From positions 1 through 30,560 of IMG/VR virus record IMGVR_UViG_3300014818_000021: 30,560 bases of DNA. The stretch is one strand, 5' to 3'. Shown one piece after another: positions 18,604 to 26,918 of this stretch (position 1 is the stretch's first letter; every line of letters begins with the position of its first letter). The notes below the pieces were generated by a model. That model was not told where the DNA came from. It saw only the letters and a program-made list of their open reading frames with translations, and searched no databases. The DNA is from a virus (lineage: Duplodnaviria > Caudoviricetes). Made by a program: the position numbers and the translations under genes.

Positions 18604-19911
18604 ATGTGTGGTTTTATAGCTGGAACAAACATTAGTTGGAACCTTAAAAGACTCATTGGAAGAATGAGCTATAGAGGCTTACCCGACTATGAAGGCTTTC
18701 AAAAGTTTGGTGATCATCAGTTAGCCCATATCAGCTTACCGTTTGTAAACCTAGATCCTAAAGTGGCAATCCAACCGGTTCATCATGGTATAACCCCTGC
18801 GTTGTTTGTAGGGGAAATCTTTAACTTCAATGAAATATCTGATACCAAATATAGCACAGATGCACAGTGCATCCAAGATATCTTTATGGAAGAAGGCGTA
18901 GATGGATTTCACATGTTCGACGGCTTCTGGTCATTCGTAACAATTAAGGATGATAGACTATTTGCTGCAACCGACTACTTAGCTCAAAAGCCTATTTACT
19001 ATAGAACAGACTTCGAGCTATTAGCTTCTGAAATAGACTCGCTTCTACCTTTTGCTGAGAACACTAGAAACGAGCTATTCCATTCTAACGTTATGAAATG
19101 GGGATATGATCCGTTAGGTAATACACCTTGGAACGAGATTAAACAAGTTCCTCCTGGTCATTATTATCATAAAGGCCAAGTACATCCATATTGGGATTGG
19201 TCCAAGGTTAAAAAGACTACTCTCAGAAAAGATCTTAGTAAAGCTACAGAACTTAGACTTGGTGGTCAAAGAGAGGTGTCTATCCTACTATCAGGAGGAC
19301 TAGATTCAGCAATCGTTTATGGTTTAATTAAAGAACTAGGTCGTGAAGTTACAGCAGTTCACGTAGAGAATCACGAGCATACCTACGCCCAGATGATCTG
19401 TGATAGTCTCGTAGAAGTCCGCTTAGACGGTGTGACCGATGAAGAAGCCATGCTGATACATCAAACCCCTGTTGATCTAGGTTCAGTTAAACCACAGATC
19501 GCAATGGCTAGAAAGCTTAAAGATCTAGGGTTTCATGCAGTCATGACCGGAGATGGCGCAGACGAGCTATTTGGCGGATATAATAGAGCTAAAGAATATG
19601 ATAGTCAATACTCAGATGTATTCTGCGAATTACCTTACTATCATCTTCCTAAGTTGGACCGTACTATGATGCAGTCCACCATAGAGCTACGTACCCCGTT
19701 CTTAGCACCATCGGTTATTGCGCATGCTTTGGAAACTCCTTATGAATTGCGTAACGGTGAAAAGAAAGTATTAAAAGAAGCCTTTAAAGATCTAGTACCG
19801 CAGGAAATATTGGATAGAGATAAGCATCCTCTTAAAACAGATGCTATACGCTTAGATCCTATGCAACAGAGAATTAACAATCAAGTGATTTGGAAGAAAC
19901 TATATGAATAA
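18604..19911 (+). CDS. Asparagine-synthetase-B-like glutamine amidotransferase
   Basis: N-terminal MCG (Ntn Cys), GEIFN, PP-loop LSGGLDS, TGDGADELFGGY, ELRTPFL. Confidence 0.88.
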   Translation: MCGFIAGTNISWNLKRLIGRMSYRGLPDYEGFQKFGDHQLAHISLPFVNLDPKVAIQPVHHGITPALFVGEIFNFNEISDTKYSTDAQCIQDIFMEEGVDGFHMFDGFWSFVTIKDDRLFAATDYLAQKPIYYRTDFELLASEIDSLLPFAENTRNELFHSNVMKWGYDPLGNTPWNEIKQVPPGHYYHKGQVHPYWDWSKVKKTTLRKDLSKATELRLGGQREVSILLSGGLDSAIVYGLIKELGREVTAVHVENHEHTYAQMICDSLVEVRLDGVTDEEAMLIHQTPVDLGSVKPQIAMARKLKDLGFHAVMTGDGADELFGGYNRAKEYDSQYSDVFCELPYYHLPKLDRTMMQSTIELRTPFLAPSVIAHALETPYELRNGEKKVLKEAFKDLVPQEILDRDKHPLKTDAIRLDPMQQRINNQVIWKKLYE

Positions 19912-20341
19912 AGATTGGAATAAAAAATACATGGATCTAGCGGTAACGGTCTCCGGCTGGTCTAAAGATCCTTCAACCAAGATTGGATCTGTGGCCATCG
20001 GAGGTTCAGGCCAGGTATTAGCCCAAGGGTATAATGGATTTCCTAGAGGTATTGATGATACGTCTGAGAGATACGCGGATCGCACTGAGAAATATGCTTA
20101 CGTAGTACATGCCGAGATGAATACCATCTATAACGCATGCAGGAACGGGGTTAGCCTAGCTAATTCTACTTTTTACGTTCATGGCTTACCTGTATGTAAC
20201 GAATGTGCTAAAGGCATAATTCAGGTAGGAACAAAGAAAGTAGTTATGAGCGGTGATAGACATAATCCCCGCTGGATAGAGTCATGTAAGAAAGCGTGCG
20301 ACTTGTTTGATGAATCCGGTGTTGAATGGGAATTTATTTAA
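19904..20341 (+). CDS. cd: dCMP deaminase
   Basis: SKDPSTKIG, GYNGFPRG, HAEMN, PVCNECAK zinc motifs. Confidence 0.92.
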   Translation: MNKDWNKKYMDLAVTVSGWSKDPSTKIGSVAIGGSGQVLAQGYNGFPRGIDDTSERYADRTEKYAYVVHAEMNTIYNACRNGVSLANSTFYVHGLPVCNECAKGIIQVGTKKVVMSGDRHNPRWIESCKKACDLFDESGVEWEFI

Positions 20342-20345
20342 TAAA

Positions 20346-20379
20346 GGGGGTTTACAAACCATCAATAGTATGGTATAAT
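20346..20379 (+). promoter_or_regulatory. Phage early-type promoter for rpsU-uvsX-gp41-thyX
   Basis: GGGGG-TTTACA-N17-TATAAT. 20346-20394 matches 7716-7764 at 47/49 positions. Confidence 0.85.
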
Positions 20380-20409
20380 GATCCCATCAAATAAAAAAGG
20401 TAAAGAGTT

Positions 20410-20646
20410 ATGTCAAGAACAAATATATCAAGGCGAAACGATAAGGACAAGAAAGATATACCCTTCGATGTTCTTCTTCGTAAGTTTAAGAAAGAAGTAG
20501 AAAGATCAGGAGTACTCCAGGATCTTCGCCAAAAAGAATACTATGAAAAGCCCACGTGGAAAAAGAAGCGTAAGAAAGCGGAAGCGGTATCCAGATGGAA
20601 AAGCAAAGCCCGTTCAATGAATATTCAAACAAAAAGGTTATATTAA
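20410..20646 (+). CDS. rpsU: Ribosomal protein bS21 (phage-encoded)
   Basis: PFDVLLRKFKK..ERSGVL..LRQKEYYEKPT..KKRKKAEAV...RLY aligns to E. coli-type S21. Confidence 0.9.
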   Translation: MSRTNISRRNDKDKKDIPFDVLLRKFKKEVERSGVLQDLRQKEYYEKPTWKKKRKKAEAVSRWKSKARSMNIQTKRLY

Positions 20647-21707
20647 TGTCTTCAGTAATGGATAAGCTCAAGAAAAACTCAAAGATCAAAACCACCAACG
20701 TTCTTAAAGATTCGATGTTCTTTACTGATGAATATGTTAAGACCGAAGTTCCTATGATCAACGTTGCTCTTTCAGGCGATATTGACGGCGGACTAAGCTC
20801 TGGCCTAACAGTATTAGCTGGACCTTCTAAACACTTTAAAACGTCATTTGCTTTATTAATGGCAAGTGCTTATATGAAAGAACATAAAGATTCAATGTTG
20901 TTATTCTATGATTCAGAATTTGGTTCACCTCAATCGTACTTTGAACAGTTCGGTATTGATACCTCTCGTGTATTACACACACCAGTTATGAACGTAGAAG
21001 AACTTAAGTTCGACATTGTTAGCCAATTAGAAACAATCGAACGTAAGGATAAGGTCATTATTGTTATTGACTCTATCGGTAACATTGCTTCTAAGAAAGA
21101 ATTAGATGATGCTATTAACGAAAAATCAGTTGCTGATATGTCTCGTGCAAAAGCGTTAAAAGGTCTATTCCGTATGGTTACACCTTATCTGACAATGAAG
21201 GCTATACCTCTACTTGCTATCAATCATACATATCAAGAAATGGGTTTATTCCCTAAAGCTATAGTTAGCGGCGGAACTGGAATTTACTATTCCGCCGATA
21301 ATATCTGGATTATAGGGCGTCAACAGAATAAACAAGGTACTGAAATAAAAGGATACAATTTTGTCATTAACGTTGAAAAATCGAGGTCTGTTAAGGAAAA
21401 GTCTAAAATTCCTATCGGGGTTACTTGGGAAGGTGGCATTGCTACTTATAGTGGTTTACTTGATGTTGCCCTTGGCGGTGGTTATGTTGCTAAGCCCTCT
21501 AATGGTTGGTATTGTGTCGTTGATAGAGAAACTGGAGAATTAATAGATCCTAAAGTCCGGGAAAAAGATACCATGGAAAAGGAATTCTGGGATCCTGTCT
21601 TTGAGAATACAGACTTCAAACAATTTGTTAAATCATATTATCAAATCGGTCATAAGCCACTATTAGACGTCAACATCGACATCCAATCTGACGAAAGCGG
21701 GATTTAA
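20646..21707 (+). CDS. uvsX: RecA-like recombinase UvsX
   Basis: AGPSKHFKT, FYDSEFG, IDSIGN, SGGTG. ATG 20646 is TAATG-coupled to rpsU. Confidence 0.96.
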   Translation: MSSVMDKLKKNSKIKTTNVLKDSMFFTDEYVKTEVPMINVALSGDIDGGLSSGLTVLAGPSKHFKTSFALLMASAYMKEHKDSMLLFYDSEFGSPQSYFEQFGIDTSRVLHTPVMNVEELKFDIVSQLETIERKDKVIIVIDSIGNIASKKELDDAINEKSVADMSRAKALKGLFRMVTPYLTMKAIPLLAINHTYQEMGLFPKAIVSGGTGIYYSADNIWIIGRQQNKQGTEIKGYNFVINVEKSRSVKEKSKIPIGVTWEGGIATYSGLLDVALGGGYVAKPSNGWYCVVDRETGELIDPKVREKDTMEKEFWDPVFENTDFKQFVKSYYQIGHKPLLDVNIDIQSDESGI

Positions 21708-21709
21708 TT

Positions 21710-22030
21710 ATGATACTAGAAAGTCACTATAAGTTCCTTGAAAACGATTCATCTGATTGGTACGCAGTAGAGTTACTTGCTGAATATGCAGGTGTGATCC
21801 TAGTTTATGGAACAGTGTCAGTTAAAGAAAGCGTAGATAAGGACCAAGCTACATTATCCTTTAGCTACACCATACAAGATCCAGGAACATTTGAACACGA
21901 TGAATTGAAAGAAGATAAAGCTTTCAATAACTATATTGGAGCGGTTCTCCAGAATATAATTCTATCATCTCTAGATAATAATGAGGCTATAATTGGAAGC
22001 AACAAATCAGATCCAAACCCATATACTTAA
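21710..22030 (+). CDS. Hypothetical protein between uvsX and gp41
   Basis: Fills the gap and overlaps gp41. It occupies the position of T4 gene 40, but I cannot see homology. Confidence 0.75.
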   Translation: MILESHYKFLENDSSDWYAVELLAEYAGVILVYGTVSVKESVDKDQATLSFSYTIQDPGTFEHDELKEDKAFNNYIGAVLQNIILSSLDNNEAIIGSNKSDPNPYT

Positions 22031-23369
22031 TCACCTACTGAATAACGAAGAGTATTGCCGCAGGGTAATACCTTTCCTTCAGAAGGCGTATTTTCAGGGA
22101 CCGCAGGCGTTAGTATTCGATCTTATTATTAAGTTCGTTGCTACGCATAATAAATTACCAACATCTCAAGTGTTAAACCTTGAGCTACGCAAAATCTCAG
22201 CACCGGATGATCTTCTAATGAGTTCGTCTGCTCTGATATCGGAAATATCGGCTAAGTCCGATATTGACACAGACTATCTAGTAGCTGAGTCAGAGAAATG
22301 GTGTAGAGATAGAGCTATTTACATTGCTATAATGGAATCCATTGGTATCATTGATGGCAAAGATAAAGAGCAATCGGAAGGTGCAATACCAGAACTACTT
22401 TCTAAAGCACTAGGTGTATCCTTTGATCAAGATATCGGTCATAGCTATTTAGGTAATGCAGATGATCGTTTCGATTTTTATAACCGTGTTGAAGAAAAGA
22501 TACCATTCGACCTTGATTACTTTAATAAGATCACTAAAGGCGGATTACCTAATAAAACGTTAAACGTTGCACTTGCGGGTACGGGCGTAGGTAAATCATT
22601 ATTCATGTGTCACTCTGCTGCAGCGGCAATGGAGCAAGGTAAAAACGTTCTTTATATCACTATGGAAATGGCAGAGGAAAAGATAGCAGAACGTATAGAT
22701 GCAAACCTAATGGATATACCCATTCAACAATTAGAAACTCTACCTAAGAATGTGTTTGATAGTAAAATCTCTAAGATTGCTAAAAGTCATCAGGGTGAAC
22801 TAATCATCAAGGAATATCCAACAGGTGCTGCTCATACAGGTCACTTCCGTGCTTTATTGAACGAGCTTAAGCTTAAGAAGAACTTTGTTCCGCAGATGGT
22901 CTACATAGATTATTTGAACATCTGTTCATCTGCTAGAATGAAAGCTATGGGTGGTTCTATTAACTCATATACCTACATTAAAGCAATCGCGGAAGAGATA
23001 CGTGGTCTTGCTGTAGAGTTCAATGTACCTATCCTAACAGCTACACAGACCACACGTGGCGGATTCGGCAATAGCGATGTTGGTCTAGAAGATACATCAG
23101 AATCATTCGGTTTACCTGCAACAGCGGATCTTATGTTTGCTTTGATCTCTACCGAAGAATTAGATGAAGCTGGACAGATCATGGTTAAACAGCTTAAAAA
23201 TCGATATAATGACACCAGTGAATTTAAACGGTTCGTAATTGGTATTGATAGATCCCGTATGAAATTATATGATGTAGAAGAATCTGCTCAGAGTGATATC
23301 ATGTCGGATATGTCAGCTATACCTGATAAGAACAAAACCAAAAAAGACTTTTCAGACTTTAAATTATAA
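21993..23369 (+). CDS. gp41: Replicative DnaB-like helicase
   Basis: LAGTGVGKS, YITMEM, IDYLNIC, TATQTTR, SESFGLPATAD, QLKNRY; TTG start after GAGG. Confidence 0.96.
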   Translation: MEATNQIQTHILNHLLNNEEYCRRVIPFLQKAYFQGPQALVFDLIIKFVATHNKLPTSQVLNLELRKISAPDDLLMSSSALISEISAKSDIDTDYLVAESEKWCRDRAIYIAIMESIGIIDGKDKEQSEGAIPELLSKALGVSFDQDIGHSYLGNADDRFDFYNRVEEKIPFDLDYFNKITKGGLPNKTLNVALAGTGVGKSLFMCHSAAAAMEQGKNVLYITMEMAEEKIAERIDANLMDIPIQQLETLPKNVFDSKISKIAKSHQGELIIKEYPTGAAHTGHFRALLNELKLKKNFVPQMVYIDYLNICSSARMKAMGGSINSYTYIKAIAEEIRGLAVEFNVPILTATQTTRGGFGNSDVGLEDTSESFGLPATADLMFALISTEELDEAGQIMVKQLKNRYNDTSEFKRFVIGIDRSRMKLYDVEESAQSDIMSDMSAIPDKNKTKKDFSDFKL

Positions 23370-23383
23370 TAGGAAATAACATC

Positions 23384-24034
23384 ATGATGAAAGCATCGTT
23401 AATATCATACTCGCAAGTACCGGAAGGTTCTGAATTACCCAATGACATGATGCAGTTGGTTGCATATTGTGCTAGGGTATCTGCTCCAAACAACCAGAAC
23501 AATACTGAAACATCTGAAAAGCTAGTTAAGTATCTTATGAAGCATAAACATTGGTCACCACTCGAAATGGTAAATGTTTGTATGGAAGTAGAAACTACCA
23601 GAGATATTGCACGGCAGTTCTTACGACATAGATCATTTACTTTTCAGGAGTTCAGCCAGCGTTATGCAGATCCTACTAAAGATCTATCATTTGTAACTCG
23701 AGAAGCTCGTCTTCAGGACACCAAGAATCGTCAAAACTCTATTGATAACAGCAATGAGTCATTACAACACGCATGGGATGCTTATCAAAAAGATGTTACT
23801 TTAGCAGCTCAGCGTGCATACGAATGGGCTATTGATCAGGGTATTGCTAAGGAGCAAGCGCGCGCAGTTCTGCCAGAAGGCTTAACTATGTCCAAGATGT
23901 ATGTGAATGGTACGTTACGTTCTTGGTTACATTACATTGATCTAAGATCCGCTAATGGCACACAAAAAGAACATATCTCATTAGCAGTAGAATGCGGTAA
24001 GGTTATAGCTGCTATATTTCCATTGGAAGCATAG
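23384..24034 (+). CDS. thyX: Flavin-dependent thymidylate synthase
   Basis: HWSPLE and the RHRSFTFQEFSQRY signature, AR.VLP, TQKEH. Confidence 0.95.
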   Translation: MMKASLISYSQVPEGSELPNDMMQLVAYCARVSAPNNQNNTETSEKLVKYLMKHKHWSPLEMVNVCMEVETTRDIARQFLRHRSFTFQEFSQRYADPTKDLSFVTREARLQDTKNRQNSIDNSNESLQHAWDAYQKDVTLAAQRAYEWAIDQGIAKEQARAVLPEGLTMSKMYVNGTLRSWLHYIDLRSANGTQKEHISLAVECGKVIAAIFPLEA

Positions 24035-24071
24035 TCTATATGCCAAACTGTCATAAGCTAATTTCGCTCTA

Positions 24072-24104
24072 GGGGTTACGGTACGGGAGGTTATGCGATA
24101 TAAT
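24072..24104 (+). promoter_or_regulatory. Phage promoter, TTACGG variant
   Basis: GGGG-TTACGG-N17-TATAAT; the upstream block is shared with 6123-6150. Confidence 0.7.
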
Positions 24105-24160
24105 ACTCCCATACTATGATTAGATAAACTCAAAGAGAAATGAACATAGGAGAGTCAATA

Positions 24161-24265
24161 ATGAAAATAAAAATAGAAATAGAGGTTGATACCGAAAACC
24201 CTGAAGACAAAGAAATCGTTTATCAACTCATAGAAGCATTGGAGAGATTTAGAAGCGAGGATTAA
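24161..24265 (+). CDS. 34-aa peptide MKIKIEIEVDTENPEDKEIVYQLIEALERFRSED (below ORF-track cutoff)
   Basis: AGGAGA SD 7 nt upstream and its own promoter. Confidence 0.65.
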   Translation: MKIKIEIEVDTENPEDKEIVYQLIEALERFRSED

Positions 24266-24306
24266 TATTGGTTAACCCGCGAAAATGTTATAAGAAAAAG
24301 TGCTAA

Positions 24307-24341
24307 GGGGGGTTTACAGACCCTCTTTAATACGGTATAAT
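24307..24341 (+). promoter_or_regulatory. Phage early-type promoter
   Basis: GGGGGG-TTTACA-N17-TATAAT. Confidence 0.85.
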
Positions 24342-24377
24342 GATCCCATCAAATAAACAAATGAGCAAACTTATATT

Positions 24378-24743
24378 ATGACTACTCCAACTATTTTAGA
24401 CCAATCAAAATTAGTCTGCACCCTCATGCAAGAAGATTACTCCTCGTGGATGGAAGAGCGAGACTTTGAATATGACCTAATCAATAATACCTACGAGGTA
24501 GAAGAAGGCAGGAACTACATTAAGATCGTTCGTGTTCAACATGTGTATGAACAAGAGCGCAAATCAGTATGTGGTTTTATTGTTAAAGCAACCCCAAAGG
24601 GTATTGATAACAAAACAAAACAACCATTCCAAATTGGTGATATGTTAATGGCTAAGTCTTATACCGCACCAGCAACCAACTTTGCTAGAGGTAACGTTTT
24701 CGACCTTACTCAAGAAACTAAAGTTAGATGGACGGGAATATAA
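24378..24743 (+). CDS. Conserved hypothetical phage protein
   Basis: GRNYIKIV...GDMLMAKSYTAPA..ARGNVF pattern familiar from small early phage proteins. Confidence 0.8.
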   Translation: MTTPTILDQSKLVCTLMQEDYSSWMEERDFEYDLINNTYEVEEGRNYIKIVRVQHVYEQERKSVCGFIVKATPKGIDNKTKQPFQIGDMLMAKSYTAPATNFARGNVFDLTQETKVRWTGI

Positions 24744-24745
24744 TT

Positions 24746-24955
24746 ATGGGTTTAAAAGCATTCAAAGAAATCACAGATTGGGGTGATTACAAAGTACCTA
24801 ATCACACATACATCCTAAACGAAAAGGGTGAATGCGTTGGCTATAAAAAGTCTGGTGGTGGATATACCCAGTTTAATAATCCACAAAAACAATTCTCTAA
24901 ATCACGAAGAAAGTTCGTGGAACTAAAACCCGTTGAAAAATACATGACCGTTTAA
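24746..24955 (+). CDS. Hypothetical protein
   Basis: KEITDW...PNHTYILN...FSKSRRKF. ATG 24746 lies just after the upstream stop. Confidence 0.75.
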   Translation: MGLKAFKEITDWGDYKVPNHTYILNEKGECVGYKKSGGGYTQFNNPQKQFSKSRRKFVELKPVEKYMTV

Positions 24956-24971
24956 TTAAAGGAAGACCAAT

Positions 24972-25229
24972 ATGAATATTATTATCCCAACAAGCCCAAA
25001 CGATAAAAAGAAAATCAAAGACTGTATGCAAGAAATTAGTAACTCCATGGCTCGTACTGAAGGCGAACAGTGTTTCATTAAGGAAGCAATAGAAGCTCTT
25101 GAAGATGAAGTTAACATCCCGAAGAAGGTTCTTCGCAAAATGGCAACCGCATTTCATAAGCAGAACATTACTGAGCTGGTTACTGACATCGAAGATATTG
25201 AAGCCTTACTAGAAGCGACCAAATTCTAA
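24972..25229 (+). CDS. T4 DsbA-like double-stranded DNA-binding protein
   Basis: 85-aa helical protein with a FIKE...IPKKVLRKMATAFHKQN pattern resembling T4 DsbA. Confidence 0.6.
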   Translation: MNIIIPTSPNDKKKIKDCMQEISNSMARTEGEQCFIKEAIEALEDEVNIPKKVLRKMATAFHKQNITELVTDIEDIEALLEATKF

Positions 25230-25399
25230 TGGAGTTCCTCTATTATGGGGTTACACTGATTGTTATATTAGGTGCAGCATACACCTCTTATAGAATCGGT
25301 GTTCGAGAAGGAGCAGAATCTCTCCTTCATTTCCTTGAAGAAGCAGGCGTTATTAACGTTGATGATAAGGACAACATAACACCTAACTGTAAGAAATAA
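25229..25399 (+). CDS. 56-aa protein with an N-terminal transmembrane helix (below ORF-track cutoff)
   Basis: MEFLYYGVTLIVILGAAYTSYRIGVREGAESLLHFLEEAGVINVDDKDNITPNCKK; TAATG-coupled to the upstream gene. Confidence 0.7.
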   Translation: MEFLYYGVTLIVILGAAYTSYRIGVREGAESLLHFLEEAGVINVDDKDNITPNCKK

Positions 25400-25403
25400 G
25401 ACG

Positions 25404-25411
25404 TATAAATA
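25404..25411 (+). promoter_or_regulatory. T4-type late promoter (gp55-dependent)
   Basis: Exact TATAAATA, intergenic, 49 nt before the next start, with no -35 box. Confidence 0.8.
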
Positions 25412-25459
25412 GTATTATATTTGTTTTAAGATGACAGAGAATACTAAGGGAAAACTACA

Positions 25460-26914
25460 ATGCTACGATTTAAAGAACATATGCTGGAAGATTTAAACGA
25501 TCTTCAATACAATGGAGACGACACAGCGTTTGTGTTGAAGGTCCTTTCAGATATAGATGATAACATTGGTTCTATCAACACTGAAATTGAAATCGATGTA
25601 CGACCTAACAAGCAAAATGGCGCTAAATTGGGTGTTAGTCAAACCATGCCGGAAAAACTAAGAGAACGGTTTGCGAGCTCTGCTAGAGATATCATCGAAA
25701 AAACCGAAGGACTAGAACTTAGAATGGATAAAGTTCCCTCGGCTCGTAAAGAACTAGACTATGCATTTCAACATGACTCTATGAACAAATATGTTTACGT
25801 GCAGCTTCGTCCCGATGGCGGCCGTGGTTCGCTTGGAGACGACCCTCATGAATTAATGACTGCGGCATTATGTTTGTTTTCCAAAAAGCAATCCATAGAA
25901 AACACAGAGCAAATGGATCAACTTATCAAAACTGTTAAAGGTCAACTTAAGAATATTAGGGGATACAAACAGTCTCAAGTCGATTCAATGCCGGAGGATT
26001 ATCCAAACCTATGTAAAGCCGTTTCTGCTGCTAACGCCATTATTGATGCAGGATACGGTGGCGCTGATACTGTATACTTAACTGGACAATCATGGGATGC
26101 TGATGTCAAGGAATTCCAAATGTCTCGATATGGTATGCAAGATTTTAACTCCTCAGACTTTATTATTAAAAAAGGTTCAAATTACATAGGCATTTCTTTA
26201 AAGAAAAAGAAACGTTCACATGAAGGTGATCCAACCCTTATTAACAAAGCATTTACTGGTCTACTAGCCGATAAGAAATTTGATAAAATTAAAGCACAGA
26301 TTGATGATGATGCCGGTGCATTCTATCTACAAGTTATCAAAGTTGCACAAAAGCTTAAAATTCTATCGCCAGATCTAATGAATGAACTGAAAACGACTAA
26401 GCCAACTAAAAAGAATTGGAAAAAATTCATTCAAAGAATACCTAACGATCTAGTTAATAGAGTGCTCAAGGGAAAGCAAACGTTATTTAAGACGATGGCA
26501 AATACTATCAATGCTAATAGCGATATGATAGCTGGGCAACTAATCACCCTCATTTTCAAATCCGATCTAAAAGAACTCAAAAAGGTAAACTTCGACTTTG
26601 CACTTGTCACTGGCGTCGGCGACTATGGTCCTAGAAAGGGCGTAAGTATTGAGAAGGGCGAATATAAAGATATCGATACTACTACAACTATGCTTGATGA
26701 TTTATTCTCTAAGGGTAAACCTAAGATGATTCTTACTCCGGGCGAACTTCAAGCCTTTGATCCGGGCGCAAAAGCAGCCAATCTTAAATTTACATTGATG
26801 ATAGGTGCAGTGAGTGTTGCCAATATAACACTACGATATAAAGGCAACTTCAGAGCTGCTCCAAACTTTACTGCCGAAATGACAGCAGAGTTTAAGGAAT
26901 TATTTAAAGGATAA
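25460..26914 (+). CDS. Putative virion internal protein with a PD-(D/E)xK-like nuclease motif
   Basis: Leader MLRFKEHMLE; motifs DPHELMTA...NSSDFII...GISLKK. Confidence 0.5.
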   Translation: MLRFKEHMLEDLNDLQYNGDDTAFVLKVLSDIDDNIGSINTEIEIDVRPNKQNGAKLGVSQTMPEKLRERFASSARDIIEKTEGLELRMDKVPSARKELDYAFQHDSMNKYVYVQLRPDGGRGSLGDDPHELMTAALCLFSKKQSIENTEQMDQLIKTVKGQLKNIRGYKQSQVDSMPEDYPNLCKAVSAANAIIDAGYGGADTVYLTGQSWDADVKEFQMSRYGMQDFNSSDFIIKKGSNYIGISLKKKKRSHEGDPTLINKAFTGLLADKKFDKIKAQIDDDAGAFYLQVIKVAQKLKILSPDLMNELKTTKPTKKNWKKFIQRIPNDLVNRVLKGKQTLFKTMANTINANSDMIAGQLITLIFKSDLKELKKVNFDFALVTGVGDYGPRKGVSIEKGEYKDIDTTTTMLDDLFSKGKPKMILTPGELQAFDPGAKAANLKFTLMIGAVSVANITLRYKGNFRAAPNFTAEMTAEFKELFKG

Positions 26915-26918
26915 ATTA

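Noticed and set aside
18604-19911. Plain asparagine-biosynthesis auxiliary gene (asnB)
   Set aside because: Not excluded, but it is shorter than typical AsnB and wedged between dCMP-acting genes, so no gene symbol was assigned.
25247-25275. GGGGTTACAC as another phage promoter
   Set aside because: No TATAAT at the 17-nt spacing, and it lies inside the 56-aa ORF.
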